Part shown: positions 58,689 to 64,000 of the stretch, piece after piece
Position numbering within the stretch: the stretch's first letter is position 1
Layout of the letters: every line of letters begins with the position of its first letter
The notes under the pieces: model-generated
Told to the model about the DNA's origin: nothing
The model's database searches: none
The model's input: the letters and a program-made list of their open reading frames with translations, nothing else
Assembly (NCBI RefSeq): GCF_009914755.1
Contig: NC_060940.1
Strand: one strand, 5' to 3'
Source: the human T2T-CHM13v2.0 reference genome, Homo sapiens
DNA: 64,000 nucleotides
Program-made: the position numbers and the translations under genes

Positions 58689-61370
58689 ATTCGATGATGA
58701 TTCCATTCGACTCCATTCGATTATGATTTCATTCAATTCCATTCGATAATGATTCCCTTCGAGTCCATTCGATGATTCCATTCGATTCCATTCAACGATG
58801 ATTTGATTCGTGTCCATTCGATGATTCCATTTGATTCCACTTGATGATGATTCCATTCGAGTCCATTTGATGATTCCATTCAAATCCATTCTCCGATGAT
58901 TTCTTTTGAGCCCATTCAATGCTTCCACTCGATTCCATATGATGATGACTCCATTCGATGAAATTCGATGATGATTCCATTCGCTTACATTCGATGATGA
59001 TTCCACTTGAGTCCATTAGAAGATTCTATTCAATTACATTCCATGACGATTCCGTTCGAGTCCATTTGATGATTCCATTAGACTCCATTCGACGATGATT
59101 CCATTCGATGTTATTCGATGATTCCATTCGATCTCATTTGATGATGATTCCATTCAACTCCATTCGATGTTTGCATTCGAGTTCATTCTATTATTCCATT
59201 AGATTCCATTCGATGATGATTCCATTGGATTCCATTTGATGATTGCATTCTATTTCATTTGATGATGATTCCATTCGAGTCCACTCGATGATTCCATTCG
59301 AGTCCATTTAATGAATCCATTGGTTTCAATTCTATGATGATTACATTGGATTCCATTCGTTGATGATTTCATTCGGGTCCATTCAATGATGATTCCATTC
59401 AATTCCTTTCAATGTTTCCATTCAATTCCATACGATGATGATTCCATTTGATTTGATTCGACAGTGAGCCATTCGATTCAATTCCATGATGATTCTATTT
59501 GATTCAATTGGTTGACATTTCCATTCGATTCCATTCGATGATGATTCCCTTTGATTCCATTCAAAGATGATTCCATTCTAGCCCATTCAATCATTCCATT
59601 CGATTCTATTCAATGATGATTCCATTCATGTCGATTTTGTGATTCCATTTGACTTCATTTGATGATGATTCCTTTCAAGTTCATTAGATGATTCCATTCG
59701 ATTCCATTTGATGATGATCCCATTCGAGTCCATTCAGTGATTCCACTCGTTTCCATTCCATGATGATTCCATTCCATTCCATTCAATGATTCCATTCGAT
59801 TCCGTTTGATGATGATTTCATTCGAGTCCATTTGATGATTCCATTTGATTCCATTCGATGATGATTCCATTCGAGTCCATTCGATGATTGTATTCGAATC
59901 CATTTGATGATTTCTTTTGATTATATTTGGTGATGATTCCATTGGAGTCCATTCAATGATTCCATTCGATTCCAATCGATGGTGATTCCATTAGAGTCCA
60001 TTTAATGATTCCATTTGATTCCAGTCTCTGATGATTACATTCGAGTCCATACGATGATTCCACTCAATTCCATATGATGATGGTTTCATTCGATTCCATT
60101 CGATGATTCCATTCTATTCTATTCAATGGTGATTCCATTCGAGTACATTAGATGATTCCATTCGATTCCATTCAATGATGATTCTATTTGTGTCCCTTAG
60201 ATGATTCCACATGATTCCATTAGATGATGATACTATTTGAGCCCATCCAATGATTCCCTTCGATTCCATTCGATGAGGATTCCATTCGATTCAATTCATT
60301 GGTGATTCTATTCAATTCAATTCTTTGATTCCATTCCATTCCATTCGACAATGATTCCATTCGATTTCTTTCGATGATTCCACTCGATTCCACTTGACAT
60401 TGATTCCATTCGATTCCATTCAATGATTCCATTTGATTCCAGTGGATGATGATTGCCATCGATTCCATTCGATCACTCCATTCTATTCCATTTGATGATG
60501 ATTACATTCGATTCCATTTGATGATTCCATCTGATTCTATTCGAGGATTCCATTTTATTCCATTCGCTGCTGATTCCATTCGAGTCCATTCGATGATTTC
60601 ATTCGAGTACATCCAATGATTCCATTTGAGTCCATTTGATGATTCCATTTGATTCCATTTGATTATGATTCTACTAGAGTCCATTCAATGACTCCATTCG
60701 AGTCCATTCAACAATTCCATTCGACTCCATTCGATGATTCCATTCGATTCCATTTGATGATTCCATTCGAGTCCATTTAATCATTACAGTCGAGTCCATT
60801 TGGTGATTCCACTGGATTTCTTTTGATAATGATACCATTCAATTACATTTGATGATGATCCCATTCAATTTCATTTGATGATGATTCCATTAGAGTCCAT
60901 TCGATGATTTCATTCGAGTCCCTTCATTGATTCCATCCGATTTCATTGGATGATGACTCCATTCGAGTCCATTCGATGATTCCACTCGATTCCATTAGAT
61001 GATTCCATTGGAGTCCATTTGATTGTTCCATTCGATTCCATTCGATTCCTTTCGAAGATTATTCCATTTGAGTCCATTCGATGATGATTCCATTCCATTC
61101 CCTTCGATGATTCCGTTTGATTCCATTCGATGATTCCCTTCGATTCCTTTCTTTGATGATTCCATTCCATTCCATTCAATGATTCCATTCGAATCTATTC
61201 CATGATGATTCCTTTCGATTCCATTCGCTGATGTTTCCGTTCAATTCCATTCGATGATGATTCCATTCGATTCCATTCATTGAGGATTCCATTTGATTCC
61301 ATTCAATGATGATTCCGTTCTATTCCATTCAATGATTGCATTCAATTCCATTCAATGATTATCCCCTTAG
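55259..61370 (+). repeat. Canonical-length 6,112-bp higher-order unit
   Basis: Anchors at 55259 and 61371. Confidence 0.9.
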
Positions 61371-64000
61371 AGTAAACTCAACGATTCCATTCAATACCAT
61401 TCGATGATGATTCCTTTTGAGTCTATTCAATGATTTCATTCAAGTCCATTTGATGATTCCTTTCAATTCCATTCTATGATGATTCCATTCGAGTCCATTC
61501 GATGATTCCATTCGATTGCATTCGATGATTCCATTATATTCCATTCAATGATGATTCCATTCGAGTCCATTCGATGTTTCCACTAGAGTACATTTATTGA
61601 TTGCTTTGTTTTCAATTCGAAGATGATTACATTGGATTCCATTCTATGATACCATTCGATTCCATTCAATGATGATTCCACTCAAATCCATTGGATGATT
61701 CCATTCGTGTCCATTCGGTGATTTCATTAGATTCCATTCGAGGATGATTCCATTCGATTCCATTCGATGATTCCATTCAATTCCATTCGATGATGATTCC
61801 ATTCCAGTCCATATGATCATTCCATTTGATTTCATTCGATGATGATTCCATTCGATTCCATTCGATGATTCCATTCTATTCCATTCGATGATGATTCCAT
61901 TGGAGTCCATTCGATGATTGCATTCGAGTCCATTTAATGATTCCATTGGGTTCAATTCAATGATGATTACATTGGATTCCGTTCTATGATTCCATTCAAT
62001 TCCGTTCATTGACAATTTGATTCCATTCGATGATGATTCCATTTGAGTTCATTCGATGATTCTATTCGATTCTCTTCGATGGTGATTCAATTCTATTATA
62101 TTGGATGATTCCATTCGATTCCATTTGATGTTGATTCAATTCGATTCTATTCGATGATGATTCCATTGGATTTCACTTGATGATTCTATTCGATTCCATT
62201 CAATGATGATTCACTTCTCGTCCATTGGATGATTCCATTTCATTCCATTCGATGATGATTCCATTCGATTCCATTCGATGATTCCATTTGATTCCATGCG
62301 ACGGTGAGCAATTCGATTCAATTCCATGATGATTCTATTTGATTCAATTAGATGATGTTTCCATTCGAATCCATTCCATGATTATTCCATTGGAATCCAT
62401 TTGGCGATGATTCCATATGAGTCAATTCAATGATGATTCCATATGGGTCCGTTCGATGATAATTCCATTTGATTTCATTCGATGCTTCTATTCAATTCCA
62501 GTTGATGATGATTCCGTTGGAGTCCATACGATGATTCCATTTGATTTCATTTGATGATGATTCCATTCGATGATGATTACATTGGATTCCATTCTATGAT
62601 TCCATTCAATTCCATTCGTTGATGATTCGATTCCATTCAATGATGATTCAATTTGAGTTCATTCGATGATTCTATTCAATTCCGTTCGATGGTGATTCAA
62701 TTCTATTATATTGGATGATTCCACTCGATTCCATTTGATGATTATTCCATTGGAGTCCACTTAGTGAATCCTTTAGATTCTACTCGAAGATGATTCCATT
62801 CGAGTCCATTCAATGATACCATTCAATTTCATTCGGTGATGCTTCCATTCAGGTGCATTCGATGATATCATTCGATTCCATTTGATGATAATTCCATTTG
62901 ATTCCATGCGATGATTCTATTCGATTCCATTCAATGATAATTCCATTCAATTCAGTGATTACTCTGGACTCCATTTGATGATGATTCCATTCAATGATTC
63001 CATTCGATTCTATTCCAAAATGATTCCATTTGAATCCATTTGATGATGATTCCATTAGATTCCATTTGATGATTCCATTCGATTCCATTTGACGATGATT
63101 CCATTCGATTCCATTTGATGATTCCATTCTATTCTATTCGATGATGATTCCATTCCATTCCATTCGATGATGATTGGATTCGATACCATTTGATGATTTC
63201 ATTTGATTCCATTCTTTAATGATTTCGATCAACTCCATTCGATGATTCCATTTGATTCCATTCGATAATGATTACATCCCAGTCCATTCGATGATTCCAT
63301 TTGAGCCCGTTCGATAATTCCATTTGAGTTCAATCAATGATTCCATTCATTTCCATTCAATGATTCCATTCGAGTCCATTTGATCATTCTGGTAGGGTCC
63401 GTTCGATGTTGATTCCATTGGAGTGCATTCGATGATTCCATTCGAGTCCATTTTATGATTTGATTCGAGTCCTTTCGATGATTCCATTCGATTCCACTCG
63501 ATGATGATTTCATTCGAGTCCATTCGACACTTCCAATCGATTCCATTTGATGTTTCCATTCGAGTCCAATTGATGATTCCATTCAATTCCATTCGATGAT
63601 GATTCCGTACGATTCCATTCTGTGATGATTCCATGTGATTGCATTCCATGATGATTCCTTTCGATTGCATTCGATTATGATTCATTTCGTGTTCATTCTA
63701 TGGTTCCACAGGTTTCCATTCGATGACGTTTCCGTTCGTGTCCATTCCATTATTCCATTCTATTTCATTTGATGATGATTCCATTCGATTCCATTCATTG
63801 GTGATTCCACTCAATTCCATTCAATGATTCCATTCCATTTCTTTCAACAATGATTCCATTAGTTTCTATTCGATGATCCACTTGATTCCATTTGGCGATG
63901 ATTCCATTCTTGTCCATTCGATGATTCCATTTGATTCCATATGATGATGATACCATTCGATTCCATACCAAGATGATTCCATTCGAGTCCATTCAATGGT

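Larger units (their letters stand above)
1..64000 (+). repeat. Human satellite II (HSat2/HSATII) tandem array, CATTC-rich strand on +
   Basis: Continuous degenerate CATTCGATTC / CATTCGAGTC / GATGATTC repeats forming 23- and 26-bp monomers with abundant TCGA. Long pure (CATTC)n runs, which would indicate HSat3, are absent. No non-satellite sequence seen anywhere. Confidence 0.98.
1..64000 (+). repeat. 6,112-bp higher-order periodicity, consistent with the HSat2B-type (chr16 pericentromeric) array
   Basis: Seen: anchor and ORF offsets of exactly 6112 (7756/13868, 12390/18502, 29154/35266/41378, 55259/61371). The subfamily and chromosome assignment rests on my recollection that the ~6.1-kb period belongs to the chr16 HSat2B array and has not been verified by alignment. 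Confidence 0.75.

Noticed and set aside
1731-62849. Distance between the two same-haplotype units (61,118) is within 2 bp of 10 x 6112
   Set aside because: It is the sum of independent irregular intervals (6025, 6544, 4080, 6140, 6108, 7773 and four of 6112). I have no mechanism for length compensation, so I treat it as coincidence.
624-63992. More than 100 short minus-strand ORFs rich in MESSNGIIEWN-like motifs that recur in each unit
   Set aside because: They are direct translations of GAATG/GAATC satellite monomers. The minus strand is ATG-rich and relatively stop-poor, while + is full of TGA. The ORFs overlap in several frames, are only 60-132 aa, gain and lose starts and stops between units, and resemble no domain I recognise. 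Their apparent conservation is DNA repeat identity.
1-64000. CRISPR-like array of short repeats
   Set aside because: There is no constant repeat alternating with unique spacers, and no leader or cas genes. The monomers are contiguous and degenerate.
1-64000. Strand inversion, alpha satellite or CENP-B boxes
   Set aside because: The CATTC orientation is constant throughout, and I saw no 171-bp alphoid monomer or CENP-B box.

Overview
The whole 64 kb window is primate, most likely human, classical satellite II (HSat2/HSATII). It is a head-to-tail array of degenerate 23-bp (CATTCGATTCCATTCGATGATTC) and 26-bp (CATTCGATTCCATTCGATGATGATTC) monomers with the CATTC-rich strand on + throughout and no inversion. 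The monomers form a 6,112-bp higher-order unit, the period I recall for the HSat2B-type pericentromeric array on chr16. A once-per-unit anchor (AGTAAACTC) recurs at 351, 6288, 12390, 18502, 29154, 35266, 41378, 47486, 55259 and 61371, giving spacings of 5937, 6102, 6112, 10652, 6112, 6112, 6108, 7773 and 6112. I found no real genes, RNA genes, transposons or CRISPR array, and all listed ORFs are translations of the satellite. I cannot support a new protein-coding system here. The interesting signal is array architecture: a tandem pair of 4,080-bp variant units carrying ~940 bp absent from the canonical unit, a near-perfect 7,773-bp tandem duplication, two out-of-register junctions that each have 22-bp microhomology, a second ~880-bp non-canonical segment, a 16,764-bp-offset paralogous block, a probable gene-conversion patch, haplotype zoning, and a dense same-orientation set of DUX4-consensus sites. 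All alignments were done by eye, so boundaries are approximate.
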